A program made the position numbers and the translations under genes. A model generated the notes under the pieces. The model was not told the DNA's origin and searched no databases. It saw only the letters and a list, made by a program, of their open reading frames with translations. From assembly GCA_934447715.1 (NCBI GenBank), contig CAKSER010000001.1, positions 55,386-119,385 of the forward strand: a DNA stretch of 64,000 nucleotides, given 5' to 3'. This stretch comes from an uncultured Eubacteriales bacterium (GTDB lineage Bacteria; Bacillota; Clostridia; Oscillospirales; CAG-272). Below are positions 37,386 through 46,035 of the stretch, one piece after another (within the stretch, counting starts at the first letter, position 1; each line of letters begins with the position of its first letter).

Positions 37386-37496
37386 ATCCATGCTGCCGCC
37401 TATCCGTACTCTGCACGGATGCGGATGTTGCAGCATTAAAAATCAGATTTATGAATTATAAGCTATGAATGTTATGAACAGGAAAGGAAACGCAGT

Positions 37497-38051
37497 ATGT
37501 CGCAGGTGACGAAACGGGCGCTGGAGCAGTCGCTTAAGAATCTTTTGCTTAAAAAGCCGCTTACAAAGATAACGGTGGCAGATATAACCGATGACTGCGG
37601 AATCAACCGCATGACCTTCTACTACCATTTTAAAGATATATATGATCTTGTGGAATGGTCCTGCCTTGAGGATGCGAAGCGCGCGCTTGAGGAGAAGAAA
37701 ACATACGACACATGGCAGCAGGGGCTTTTACAGATTTTTGAGGCGGTGCAGGAAAACAAGCCGTTTATTTTAAATGTTTACCGCTGTGTGCACAGGGAGC
37801 AGGTCGAAAAGTATCTTCAGCCGCTGGTCGATCAGCTGCTGCTCGGCGTAATTGACGAGGAATCGCAGAATATGACCGTAAGAGCCGAGGACAAGCAGTT
37901 TATTGCCCAGATTTACGGCTATATGTTTATCGGGCTTATGCTTGACTGGATCAAGGATGACATGCGCGAGGATTCGCATCAGATTGTGGACAAGCTGGCA
38001 AGGCTTATAAAGGGCTCGATGTCGGCGGCTCTTTCAAGATTCAAGCTCTGA
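37497..38051 (+). CDS. TetR-family transcriptional regulator (DhaS-like subgroup)
   Basis: N-terminal HTH ITVADITDDCGINRMTFYYHFKDIYDLVEW. Confidence 0.85.
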   Translation: MSQVTKRALEQSLKNLLLKKPLTKITVADITDDCGINRMTFYYHFKDIYDLVEWSCLEDAKRALEEKKTYDTWQQGLLQIFEAVQENKPFILNVYRCVHREQVEKYLQPLVDQLLLGVIDEESQNMTVRAEDKQFIAQIYGYMFIGLMLDWIKDDMREDSHQIVDKLARLIKGSMSAALSRFKL

Positions 38052-38099
38052 TTTTTTTGACATTTTTGCGGATTTGATAAGTTTTTTTACAGATTTATG

Positions 38100-38132
38100 C
38101 CCCGTGATAATATTTTTATCACGGGGATTTTT
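38100..38132 (+). terminator. Rho-independent terminator after the TetR gene
   Basis: A 10-bp stem CCCCGTGATA/TATCACGGGG followed by ATTTTT. Confidence 0.8.
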
Positions 38133-38139
38133 CTGTTTA

Positions 38140-38167
38140 TTGTAAAAAGTTGTCGTTAGGATATAAT
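38140..38167 (+). promoter_or_regulatory. Putative promoter of the oleate hydratase gene
   Basis: TTGTAA (38140-45), a 16-nt spacer, then TATAAT (38162-67). Confidence 0.45.
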
Positions 38168-38212
38168 AAAGCCATAAAGAAAAAAACATGAAACAATCAG
38201 GAGGTTTTCATT

Positions 38213-40006
38213 ATGTATTATTCTGCTGGAACTTATGAATCATTTGCTCATCCGGAAAAGCCGAAGGATGTCGATAAAAAATCGGCATATATCATAGGCA
38301 CCGGTCTTGCGGGTCTTACGGCTGCGTTTTATCTTGTCCGCGACGGACAGATGAAGGGCGAGCATATTCATCTGCTTGAGAAGCTTGAGCTTGCCGGAGG
38401 CAGCTGCGACGGACGCAAGGATGTTACAAAGGGCTTCTTCATGAGAGGCGGACGCGAGATGGACAACCACTTTGAGGTCATGTGGGACACCTTCCGCGAT
38501 GTTCCGTCGATCGAGACTCCGGGCGTATCGGTTCTTGATGAGTATTATTGGTTAAACAAGCACGATCCGAACTACTCTCTCTGCCGCGCAACGGTAAACT
38601 GCGGTGAGGACGCACACACAGACAAGCAGTTCAAGCTTGACAAGGAATCTGCAATGGCTCTTTCCAAGCTGTTTCTGACCCCGGAAAAGGATCTTGAAGA
38701 CAAGAAGATTTCGGATGTTCTGCCGGATTCCTTCTGGGACACAAACTTCTGGCTCTATTGGCAGACGATGTTCGCTTTCCAGCGCTGGTCGAGCGCACTT
38801 GAAATGAAGCGCTATCTCTGCCGCTATGTTCACCATATCGACGGTCTTCCGGATTTCAGCGCACTTCGCTTTACAAAATACAACCAGTACGAGAGCATGA
38901 TCCTGCCGCTTGTAAAATATCTCGAGTCGCACGGTGTTAAAATCGAGTACGGCATGGATGTAAAGAATGTTATAATCGAAACCGAGGGCGACAAGAAGGT
39001 CGCAACGCAGATTGTCTATGTAAAGGACGGCAAGGAGCAGACAATCGACCTGATCGAGGACGATCTTGTATTTATCACAAACGGCTGCTGCACCGACACC
39101 TCCTGCTACGGCGATCAGACACACGCTCCCGACCTTTCGGGTGTAAAGAACGGTTACGGTGAGTCGTGGGATATGTGGAAGGCTATCGCCGCACAGGCAG
39201 AGCACGGCGAGTACGGCAATCCGGACAACTTCTGCTCGGATGTTGATGCAACCAACTGGATGAGCGCTACGGTTGCCACCTCGAACGAGGAGATTATTCA
39301 GCATATCATGAATGTCTGCAAGCGTGATCCGCGTGCCGGCAAGGTAACGACCGGCGGAATTGTTACAGTCAAGGACAGCACAGACAACTGGTATCTTTCC
39401 TGGACAATCAACCGTCAGCCGCAGTTCAAGTCGCAGGACAAGAATATGGTGCTTGTATGGCTCTATTCGCTTAATACCGACAGGGAAGGCAACTATGTAA
39501 AGAAGGCTATGCGCGATTGCACAGGCGAGGAGGTTTGCCGCGAGTGGCTTTACCACATCGGTGTTCCGACCGATAAGATTGATGCTCTGGCGCACGACGC
39601 CTGCAATACAACAACCTGCTTCATGCCGTATATCAATGCATTCTTCCAGCCGAGAAAGGAATCCGATCGCCCGAAGGTAGTTCCTAACGGAGCCGTAAAC
39701 TTTGCATTCATCGGTCAGTTTGCCGAAACGCCGCGCGACACAATCTTCACCACCGAATACTCTATGCGTACCGGTATGGAATCGGTTTACACGCTGCTTG
39801 ACATCGACCGCGGTGTGCCGGAGGTTTGGGGCAGCAAGTATGACGTCCGTGAACTCCTTCGTGCCTGCTATTATGCAATCGACAAGAAGCCGATAAGCGA
39901 GGCTAAGCTCTCGTTTGCCGAGAAGGAAATGCTCAAGGTGCTCCTAAAAAAGATCAAAGGAACGGATATCGAGATCCTTTTAAAGGAAAGCGGACTTATA
40001 AAATAA
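38213..40006 (+). CDS. ohyA: Oleate hydratase (MCRA family, FAD-dependent)
   Basis: 597 aa with the N-terminal FAD fold AYIIGTGLAGLTAAFYL, GGSCDG and GGREM, and MCRA-type length and sequence. Confidence 0.9.
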   Translation: MYYSAGTYESFAHPEKPKDVDKKSAYIIGTGLAGLTAAFYLVRDGQMKGEHIHLLEKLELAGGSCDGRKDVTKGFFMRGGREMDNHFEVMWDTFRDVPSIETPGVSVLDEYYWLNKHDPNYSLCRATVNCGEDAHTDKQFKLDKESAMALSKLFLTPEKDLEDKKISDVLPDSFWDTNFWLYWQTMFAFQRWSSALEMKRYLCRYVHHIDGLPDFSALRFTKYNQYESMILPLVKYLESHGVKIEYGMDVKNVIIETEGDKKVATQIVYVKDGKEQTIDLIEDDLVFITNGCCTDTSCYGDQTHAPDLSGVKNGYGESWDMWKAIAAQAEHGEYGNPDNFCSDVDATNWMSATVATSNEEIIQHIMNVCKRDPRAGKVTTGGIVTVKDSTDNWYLSWTINRQPQFKSQDKNMVLVWLYSLNTDREGNYVKKAMRDCTGEEVCREWLYHIGVPTDKIDALAHDACNTTTCFMPYINAFFQPRKESDRPKVVPNGAVNFAFIGQFAETPRDTIFTTEYSMRTGMESVYTLLDIDRGVPEVWGSKYDVRELLRACYYAIDKKPISEAKLSFAEKEMLKVLLKKIKGTDIEILLKESGLIK

Positions 40007-40026
40007 AAACTGATATATATAAATTT

Positions 40027-40058
40027 AAAAGTACCTGCACGGTTGTGCAGGTACTTTT
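40027..40058. terminator. Bidirectional terminator between ohyA and the ABC permease gene
   Basis: A 14-bp stem AAAAGTACCTGCAC/GTGCAGGTACTTTT. Confidence 0.85.
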
Positions 40059-40169
40059 ACTTGACAAGTTCATTTGACGGGTGGTTATGATTGTTGCAAT
40101 TACTTTGGAGTATATAAACAAATACTGTAGAAAGCGATTGTGTTTTCGAGGTTCTTTGACTAATAGCTT

Positions 40170-42449
40170 TTATTCCTGACCCTTAAGCGCCTCGACCATG
40201 TCGATCTTTCTGTTCTTCATTGCAATCATGAGGCTGACAAGGAACGACATGCCTATCGTTAAAAGCGCTGTGAAGAGATATGAGCTGAAGCCTATTGACA
40301 TTTTCATTTCATATTCGGATGCAAGGGTTTTTAACAGATATGAAAGCGTCAAAGCTCCGATCGGCATACCGATCAGGATTCCGAGCACCGAAAGAGCAAG
40401 GTTCTGTCCGGAAAGAAGTCTGCCGATCTTCCGATCCCTGAAGCCGACGACCTTCAGCGTTGCCATTTCGCGGTAGCGCTCGGTGTAGCTCATTGCACCG
40501 AGGTTATAAAGAACGATTATGCCGAGAAGCATTGCGCCTCCTACAAGCAGATAGATCATCGTGTCCATAATCGAAAGGAATGATTCAAAGGAGTCCATAA
40601 TCATCTGCTTCGACTGGACGGATTTTATTATGTCGGTGCTTGCTATATCCGCCTTTTCGGTATCGGTATAAACCGAATCGATTTTATATGGAATATCTAA
40701 GCTGTCGGCGTATTTGTCCGAAATTATAATATTTTCCGAAACGCTGCGGAAGATTCCGGCAACTTTCAGTTTATATACATCGTCGGTGCCGAACGGGCTT
40801 ACCTCAAACGAATCTCCTTTTTTAAGACCGAACTGCTCCGCAATGCGCATGCAGATATATGCTCCGTCGTCCTTTATATCGATTTCGTCGGTGTTTTCAT
40901 CCATAATCCGGATTTTGTCGTGCGAGATATTATAGATATCAAGCGACACGGTCTTTTCGTTTAGCTGTACGCTGACAGAGCCGCCGGAATCGCCATTGTA
41001 TTTGTCAATGATTTTCCTTCGGTCATCGTCGGATGCGCTTTCAGAAAGGAAGATGCGCGAGGAGTAATTAAGCCCGTTGTCGTAGTACATTTCAAGGAAC
41101 GCGTTCATGGTGTCCTTCATTCCGAACGATGCAAGGACAAGGATTGTGCATCCGACAATTCCCAAAAGACTCATTGCCGTTCTTGCCTTGTGACGGACGA
41201 TGTCTCTCATGTTCCAGCGCGTGCCGAACGGGAGACGGTGGAAGAATTTCGTGCGTTCGATGAGCATGGGCTTCATCTTTTTCGGTGTGTAGGGACGCAG
41301 CGAATCTGCCGCCGTTCCCTTAAGCATTGATCTGACCGAGAAATATCCGATCAGCGTGAGAACAAAGATAATAATTACGATTGCCAGAATGCAGAACCAC
41401 GGCATAACAAGCTTCCATTCCGGAAGGTCAAGATAGGTTCCCATCATTCCGTTCGGGTTCATGATAAACCACGCAACCGCGTATCCCATGCCTACTCCGA
41501 GCGCCGTTCCGACGAGTGCTACGAAGAACGCAAAGGATGTATAATGCCGTGTGATCCTGCTGTCGTGAAATCCGAGCGCCTTGAGCGTGCCGATCTGTGT
41601 CTTTTCTTTTGCCGTCAGGCGGTGCATGGTCGTGACCATCGTAAGAAGTCCGATCAGAAGGAACAGAGCAGGGAGAATGCTTCCCATTGCCTTGCCCTCA
41701 TTTACCTCTCCTTCCGCCTCCGAATAGGAAACCGTGTCCTCCTTTGTTAAAATTACGGTTGTCTTGTCGAGAATGTCGTTTACCTTTTTTGCAAAATCTT
41801 CTTTATTAAGGTCGGATATTACGTTAATCTGAGGATAGTAATCAAATCCGACGGCATTTTTGTACATCAAAGGAGAAATGAAGGCAAATCCGTGTGTCGA
41901 AAAATCCGGCATGAGCTGTGTCACGTCCCGGACGCAGATCATCTGTTCGGCTGCCTTGATAAGTCCGGCAACCTTTCCCGAAATTTCCTTTCCTCCGTAT
42001 ACAAAGGTAATCGTATCGCCTACCGAAATGCCGTTTTTGTCGGCATACTGATCCGAAAGCCATACGCCGTCGGTGCTGTCCTTGTCATATGCATTTCCGC
42101 TTATCAGAACGAAGGAGGAGACCTTTTCGTTTGTAGTTACGGCAAGAGCGACACTGTCGCCGTTTCTGTCCTTTACGTCTGCGTTGACCGAAAGATAGCG
42201 TGCTGCCGCTTTTATTCCGTCAAGCTTTTCGATCCTTTCAAGATCGTCCTTTGAATATCCGTTTTCGTCTACAAGCCGATAATCTGCAAAATTGCAGTCG
42301 TCAAGGAAGGAAAACATGTTCTCTTCAATGCTTACCCATTCCATATTGAAGCCGACAAACATTCCGACGCCGAGCATTACCATTAAAATCATGGAAATGA
42401 ACTGCGCCTTGTATTGCCAGGCTGTACGGAGCATTTTTTTCGCTAACAT
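40170..42449 (-). CDS. ABC transporter permease with two FtsX/MacB-type domains
   Basis: 759 aa. Two 4-TM FtsX-like modules, each preceded by a large extracytoplasmic domain, coupled to a MacB/LolD-type ATPase. Confidence 0.85.
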   Translation of the reverse strand: MLAKKMLRTAWQYKAQFISMILMVMLGVGMFVGFNMEWVSIEENMFSFLDDCNFADYRLVDENGYSKDDLERIEKLDGIKAAARYLSVNADVKDRNGDSVALAVTTNEKVSSFVLISGNAYDKDSTDGVWLSDQYADKNGISVGDTITFVYGGKEISGKVAGLIKAAEQMICVRDVTQLMPDFSTHGFAFISPLMYKNAVGFDYYPQINVISDLNKEDFAKKVNDILDKTTVILTKEDTVSYSEAEGEVNEGKAMGSILPALFLLIGLLTMVTTMHRLTAKEKTQIGTLKALGFHDSRITRHYTSFAFFVALVGTALGVGMGYAVAWFIMNPNGMMGTYLDLPEWKLVMPWFCILAIVIIIFVLTLIGYFSVRSMLKGTAADSLRPYTPKKMKPMLIERTKFFHRLPFGTRWNMRDIVRHKARTAMSLLGIVGCTILVLASFGMKDTMNAFLEMYYDNGLNYSSRIFLSESASDDDRRKIIDKYNGDSGGSVSVQLNEKTVSLDIYNISHDKIRIMDENTDEIDIKDDGAYICMRIAEQFGLKKGDSFEVSPFGTDDVYKLKVAGIFRSVSENIIISDKYADSLDIPYKIDSVYTDTEKADIASTDIIKSVQSKQMIMDSFESFLSIMDTMIYLLVGGAMLLGIIVLYNLGAMSYTERYREMATLKVVGFRDRKIGRLLSGQNLALSVLGILIGMPIGALTLSYLLKTLASEYEMKMSIGFSSYLFTALLTIGMSFLVSLMIAMKNRKIDMVEALKGQE

Positions 42450-42467
42450 ATTCCGCGTCCTTTCCGG

Positions 42468-43169
42468 TTACCAGTCGATGTCATCTGCAGAGACCGGGTT
42501 TGCCTGATCTTCAACAGATACGACCTTTCCGTTCTTTACATGGATTACGGTGTCCGCCATCTGCGCAATATTCTGGTTGTGGGTGACGATGACGATTGTC
42601 TTTTTATATTCGCGTGCCATCTTTAAAAGCAGCTTTAAAACAAGAACGCCTGTTGCGGAATCGAGAGCGCCTGTCGGCTCGTCGCAAAGAAGTATCTTCG
42701 GGTTCTTTGCAAGCGCACGGGCAATAGAAACTCTCTGCTGCTCGCCGCCCGAAAGCTCCGACGGGAAATTCTTCAGGTGGTCCGCGAGTCCGACCTCCTC
42801 AAGCATTTTGGTAGCCGAGAGCGGATTTTTTGAGATTTCCTTTACAAGCACGACGTTTTCGTGCACGGTAAGCGTCGGGATCAGATTGTAAAACTGAAAA
42901 ACAAATCCGACTGTTTCCGCACGGTAATCGGCAAGCTCGTTTTTTGACAGGGTCGAGATGTCCTTGCCGCAGACGGTGATTTTGCCGGATGTGGGGCTGT
43001 CAAGTCCTCCGAGCAGATTTAAAAGAGTGCTTTTTCCGGCGCCTGACGGTCCTAGAATAACCACAAACTTGCCCTCGTCAAGGGTCAGGTTAACTTTGTC
43101 AAGTGCCTTCAGCTCATGATCGCCGCTTTTGTATACGCGGCTTACATCCTGAAATTCTACAATAGGCAT
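42468..43169 (-). CDS. ABC transporter ATP-binding protein (MacB/LolD type)
   Basis: Walker A GPSGAGKST, signature LSGGEQQRVSIARAL, Walker B ILLCDEPTGALD. Confidence 0.9.
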   Translation of the reverse strand: MPIVEFQDVSRVYKSGDHELKALDKVNLTLDEGKFVVILGPSGAGKSTLLNLLGGLDSPTSGKITVCGKDISTLSKNELADYRAETVGFVFQFYNLIPTLTVHENVVLVKEISKNPLSATKMLEEVGLADHLKNFPSELSGGEQQRVSIARALAKNPKILLCDEPTGALDSATGVLVLKLLLKMAREYKKTIVIVTHNQNIAQMADTVIHVKNGKVVSVEDQANPVSADDIDW

Positions 43170-43172
43170 TTT

Positions 43173-43301
43173 TTATTTTTCCTCCGTATTTATGTATCGG
43201 TTCTTCGACCGTTTTTTAAGATATGCTCTGCAGATATGTTTGACGGCTTCAGAAATCAAAACAAAGCCGAAAGCAATAAGTGCCGAAATGACAATTTTCA
43301 T
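43173..43301 (-). CDS. Possible 42-aa single-TM peptide (not in the ORF track)
   Basis: Hand translation gives MKIVISALIAFGFVLISEAVKHICRAYLKKRSKNRYINTEEK. It fills the gap between the HMA gene and the ATPase gene. There is no clear SD, and the stop lies 3 nt before the ATPase ATG. Confidence 0.3.
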   Translation of the reverse strand: MKIVISALIAFGFVLISEAVKHICRAYLKKRSKNRYINTEEK

Positions 43302-43309
43302 ATTCTTTG

Positions 43310-43564
43310 TTATCCGAACAGCTTGAACAGCCCTTTCTTTTTGTTTTCCTCGGATTTGACCGAAAGAACCTTATATCCGGTCTTTTCGATTGCCGCCTTT
43401 AGCTCTTCCTCACTTATTTCGCTTTCCGAAAGAATAACCGCCTCTCCCTTAGAGTGGGAAGATTTTACCTGGTTTACCTTGAAGCTGTTTCGAATACAGT
43501 AGTTTACATGGCTTTCGCACATTGAACACATCATTCCGTCGATTTTTACAGTTGTTTTAATCAT
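43310..43564 (-). CDS. Heavy-metal-associated (HMA) domain protein, CopZ-like
   Basis: 84 aa with GMMCSMC (MxCxxC) in a beta-alpha-beta-beta-alpha-beta-sized domain, plus a basic C-terminal tail. Confidence 0.8.
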   Translation of the reverse strand: MIKTTVKIDGMMCSMCESHVNYCIRNSFKVNQVKSSHSKGEAVILSESEISEEELKAAIEKTGYKVLSVKSEENKKKGLFKLFG

Positions 43565-43663
43565 TGCTTTTTCTTCCTTTCAATAAATTAATTGAATTAT
43601 TTAAAATTTTGAGTTTAAAATACGAAGCATTTAAGGTCGGCTTAAAGCCCCACATATAAGCCA

Positions 43664-43695
43664 GCTCACGCGGTTAGTGCACACTAACTGTGAGC
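43664..43695. promoter_or_regulatory. 32-nt compound palindrome between the TetR and HMA genes (candidate operator)
   Basis: Outer arms GCTCAC/GTGAGC enclose GTTAGTG-CA-CACTAAC (43673-88), which has 7-bp perfect arms. Confidence 0.4.
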
Positions 43696-43730
43696 CCTTT
43701 TAAAAGCCGCCGAAAGGGCAGCTTTGTTAT

Positions 43731-44315
43731 TTATCCGTCGGGGAAAAGCTCCTTCATGGCTCCGCGGACAAGGATGAGCAGGACATCGGGGTACATTTTT
43801 CCGATCTCGTTCTGATGTGATACAGTCAGGATCAGTCCGCGCACCGTAGCTGCTGCAAGCTCCGCGCCGCCGAGCGGCATAAGCTCGCTTTCCTCAAGCA
43901 ACCTGCAGATATGAACCTCGTCATTGTGATAGTGCTCTGCTTTAATCTTTTCCGGAATCCGGCGGAGAATATATTCCGCGTCAGATTCGATAAAGTGCAT
44001 CTCTCCGGTTTCCGAAAGCCTGCGGCACACCTCAAGCAGTGTCAGGGTCGTTCTTTCGCTTGCCGGAAGCGATGAATGCCTGAGTAGAGTTTCCTTTGCG
44101 ACATTATAAAGCTCGGTGTGAATGCTTTCGAGAACCGAAAAAAACAGCAGCTCCTTTGAATCATAGAACTTGTAAAACGAGCCCTTCGATATTCCGACAG
44201 TGTCGGTCAGCTCCTCGACAGAGGTTTTGCGAGTTCCTACCGTCATTGCGCGCTTTTTTGCTTCATCGAAAAGCGCTTTTTGTATGTTTTTGTTTTCCTC
44301 TTCCGAAAATGCCAT
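43731..44315 (-). CDS. TetR-family transcriptional regulator
   Basis: HTH VEELTDTVGISKGSFYKFYDSKELL. Start taken at MAFSEEENK after GGAGA. Confidence 0.85.
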   Translation of the reverse strand: MAFSEEENKNIQKALFDEAKKRAMTVGTRKTSVEELTDTVGISKGSFYKFYDSKELLFFSVLESIHTELYNVAKETLLRHSSLPASERTTLTLLEVCRRLSETGEMHFIESDAEYILRRIPEKIKAEHYHNDEVHICRLLEESELMPLGGAELAAATVRGLILTVSHQNEIGKMYPDVLLILVRGAMKELFPDG

Positions 44316-44335
44316 TTGTTCTCCAAAAAAAAATA

Positions 44336-44388
44336 TGACCAAAATATTTTTACGGTCACATTATAGCATACACATCTCGCTTTTGCAA
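44336..44388 (-). promoter_or_regulatory. TetR gene promoter with an overlapping imperfect palindrome (candidate autoregulatory operator)
   Basis: On the minus strand: TTGCAA (44383-88), a 17-nt spacer, then TGCTATAAT (-10 at 44360-65). The palindrome TGACC-N13-GGTCA lies at 44336-58 near the predicted +1. Confidence 0.5.
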
Positions 44389-44560
44389 GAGGAAAATAAA
44401 GTTTTTTGAAAAAAACAGGCTTTTTTAATATATCCGCAGGTTTTTGTGCGATATTGACTTTTTTGAGCTTTTTTGAGCTTTTTTGTTACCATATATCATA
44501 TATAATATAAATATATAATATAAATACCGCTGTGCCGAAAAAGGCAATGAGGAGGTCTGC

Positions 44561-44920
44561 ATGGAAAATAATTTTAAAAAGCTTTTCGAATACGCGTCAA
44601 CGCAGGACGTAGCATTAAAGCAGGGAAGCAATGCGGTTTTCATGCTTTCGGAAAACGGAAAAATGTATCATCTGATTTCAAAGAACACCGCCGATTCAAA
44701 GCAACTGCTTTGCGAACTTACAAAACTGCTTACAAATGACCGTGTTATTTGCGCAATGATATGCTTTTTGCCGCCGCATCAGCTTGACCTGCCCAGCTTC
44801 GATTTTCGAAAGGCACTTGCCGAGTTGGATCTTAAAAACAGGCATGCGGCAATCTATCTTAAAGGAGACAGCTTAGGGAATTCGATTGTAAAAAGAGAGC
44901 TTTACGTTACCATGCCGTAG
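44561..44920 (+). CDS. Hypothetical protein (119 aa)
   Basis: SD GAGGAGG 6 nt upstream. No family recognised. Divergent from the TetR gene. Confidence 0.55.
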   Translation: MENNFKKLFEYASTQDVALKQGSNAVFMLSENGKMYHLISKNTADSKQLLCELTKLLTNDRVICAMICFLPPHQLDLPSFDFRKALAELDLKNRHAAIYLKGDSLGNSIVKRELYVTMP

Positions 44921-44971
44921 AGGCACTGTATCATTTCTGCTGCTTTTCACAGCTGCTCTTTTAAAAAAGGG

Positions 44972-45000
44972 TTGACAAATCAGGCTTAATGTGATACAAT
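44972..45000 (+). promoter_or_regulatory. Promoter of the pnuC leader
   Basis: TTGACA (44972-77), a 17-nt spacer, then the extended -10 TGATACAAT (44992-45000). Confidence 0.6.
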
Positions 45001-45075
45001 CCGAAAAACTGAATATAAGCTGCCACCGGGCAGAGCAGTGCAACATGCACTATGCAGCATGTACTATACAATATG

Positions 45076-45127
45076 CACTCGCCATCACATCGTTAGGTCT
45101 TAGAAGATGTGTTTGCGAGTGTTTTTT
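45076..45127 (+). terminator. Leader terminator (attenuator) upstream of pnuC
   Basis: Outer stem CACTCGC/GCGAGTG and inner stem CACATC/GATGTG, followed by TTTTTT, sited 17 nt before the pnuC SD. Confidence 0.65.
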
Positions 45128-45143
45128 ATTTTCGGAGGATTTT

Positions 45144-45836
45144 ATGATTAAAAGGATTACCGGTTATTTTTCAAAGGGAGAGCTTGTTTTATGGAGCCTT
45201 TCGGTTATGCTGATCGTCTCGTCATTCTGCATCTTCGGCGGAAACGGTTTTTTGACGCTTCTTGCCTCGCTTATCGGTGTGACCTCAATTCTTATAAACG
45301 CGAAGGGCAATCCGATAGGTCAGCTTTTGATGATTGTTTTCGGACTGATGTACGGAATTATTTCCTATACATTTTCCTATTACGGCGAGATGATTACATA
45401 TCTCGGCATGACGATGCCGATGGCTGTAGTTGCTCTTGTTTCATGGCTTAAAAATCCGTATAACGGAAAGCGATCCGAGGTTAAGGTTAATTCGATTTCG
45501 AAAACCGAGGTTTTTCTTATGCTCCTGCTTGCCCTTGTAATCACAGCCGGGTTTTACTTTGTACTTGACTTTTTTAACACCGCAAACATAATTCCGAGCA
45601 CGATATCGGTTACAACCAGCTTTATAGCGGTATATCTTACCTTCAGGAGAAGCCCGTATTTCAGCCTTGCATATGCCGCAAACGACATAGTCCTTATTGT
45701 TCTCTGGTCGCTTGCAAGCATGCTTGATATGCGGTATATTTCAGTTGTCGTCTGTTTTGCTGCATTCTTTGTTAATGATATATACGGCTTTTTAAGCTGG
45801 CAGAGGTTAAAAAGGAAGCAGAATTCCTGTTCTTGA
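45144..45836 (+). CDS. pnuC: Nicotinamide riboside transporter PnuC
   Basis: About 230 aa with 7-8 TM segments, and NAKGNPIGQ and SWLKNPY-type motifs. Start moved to the ATG after GGAGGA. Confidence 0.8.
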   Translation: MIKRITGYFSKGELVLWSLSVMLIVSSFCIFGGNGFLTLLASLIGVTSILINAKGNPIGQLLMIVFGLMYGIISYTFSYYGEMITYLGMTMPMAVVALVSWLKNPYNGKRSEVKVNSISKTEVFLMLLLALVITAGFYFVLDFFNTANIIPSTISVTTSFIAVYLTFRRSPYFSLAYAANDIVLIVLWSLASMLDMRYISVVVCFAAFFVNDIYGFLSWQRLKRKQNSCS

Positions 45837-45950
45837 AACAAAAAAGCAGATACGACTTATATCTGCCGATAATCTAAATATATCTTTTTCCGTGTTTTAT
45901 GAATCGCTTACCGGTTTGCTGAATTTGGCAGTGTCGGATTATAAAAAAAT

Positions 45951-45979
45951 TTGACAAGGTGAATTTTTTTTGTTATACT
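45951..45979 (+). promoter_or_regulatory. Promoter of alaS
   Basis: TTGACA (45951-56), a 17-nt spacer, then the extended -10 TGTTATACT. Confidence 0.6.
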
Positions 45980-46035
45980 GAACTGTTAATGTATATCAGC
46001 ACGCGAAAACAAATCACATTGGAGGATATTAATAT

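Noticed and set aside
44457-44524. Simple tandem repeats: TTTTTTGAGC about 2.5 times (44457-87) and TATATAATATAAA twice (44499-524), upstream of the 119-aa hypothetical gene.
   Set aside because: These are low-complexity A/T duplications overlapping candidate -10 boxes. They most likely reflect slippage within a promoter region, and no further structure is seen.
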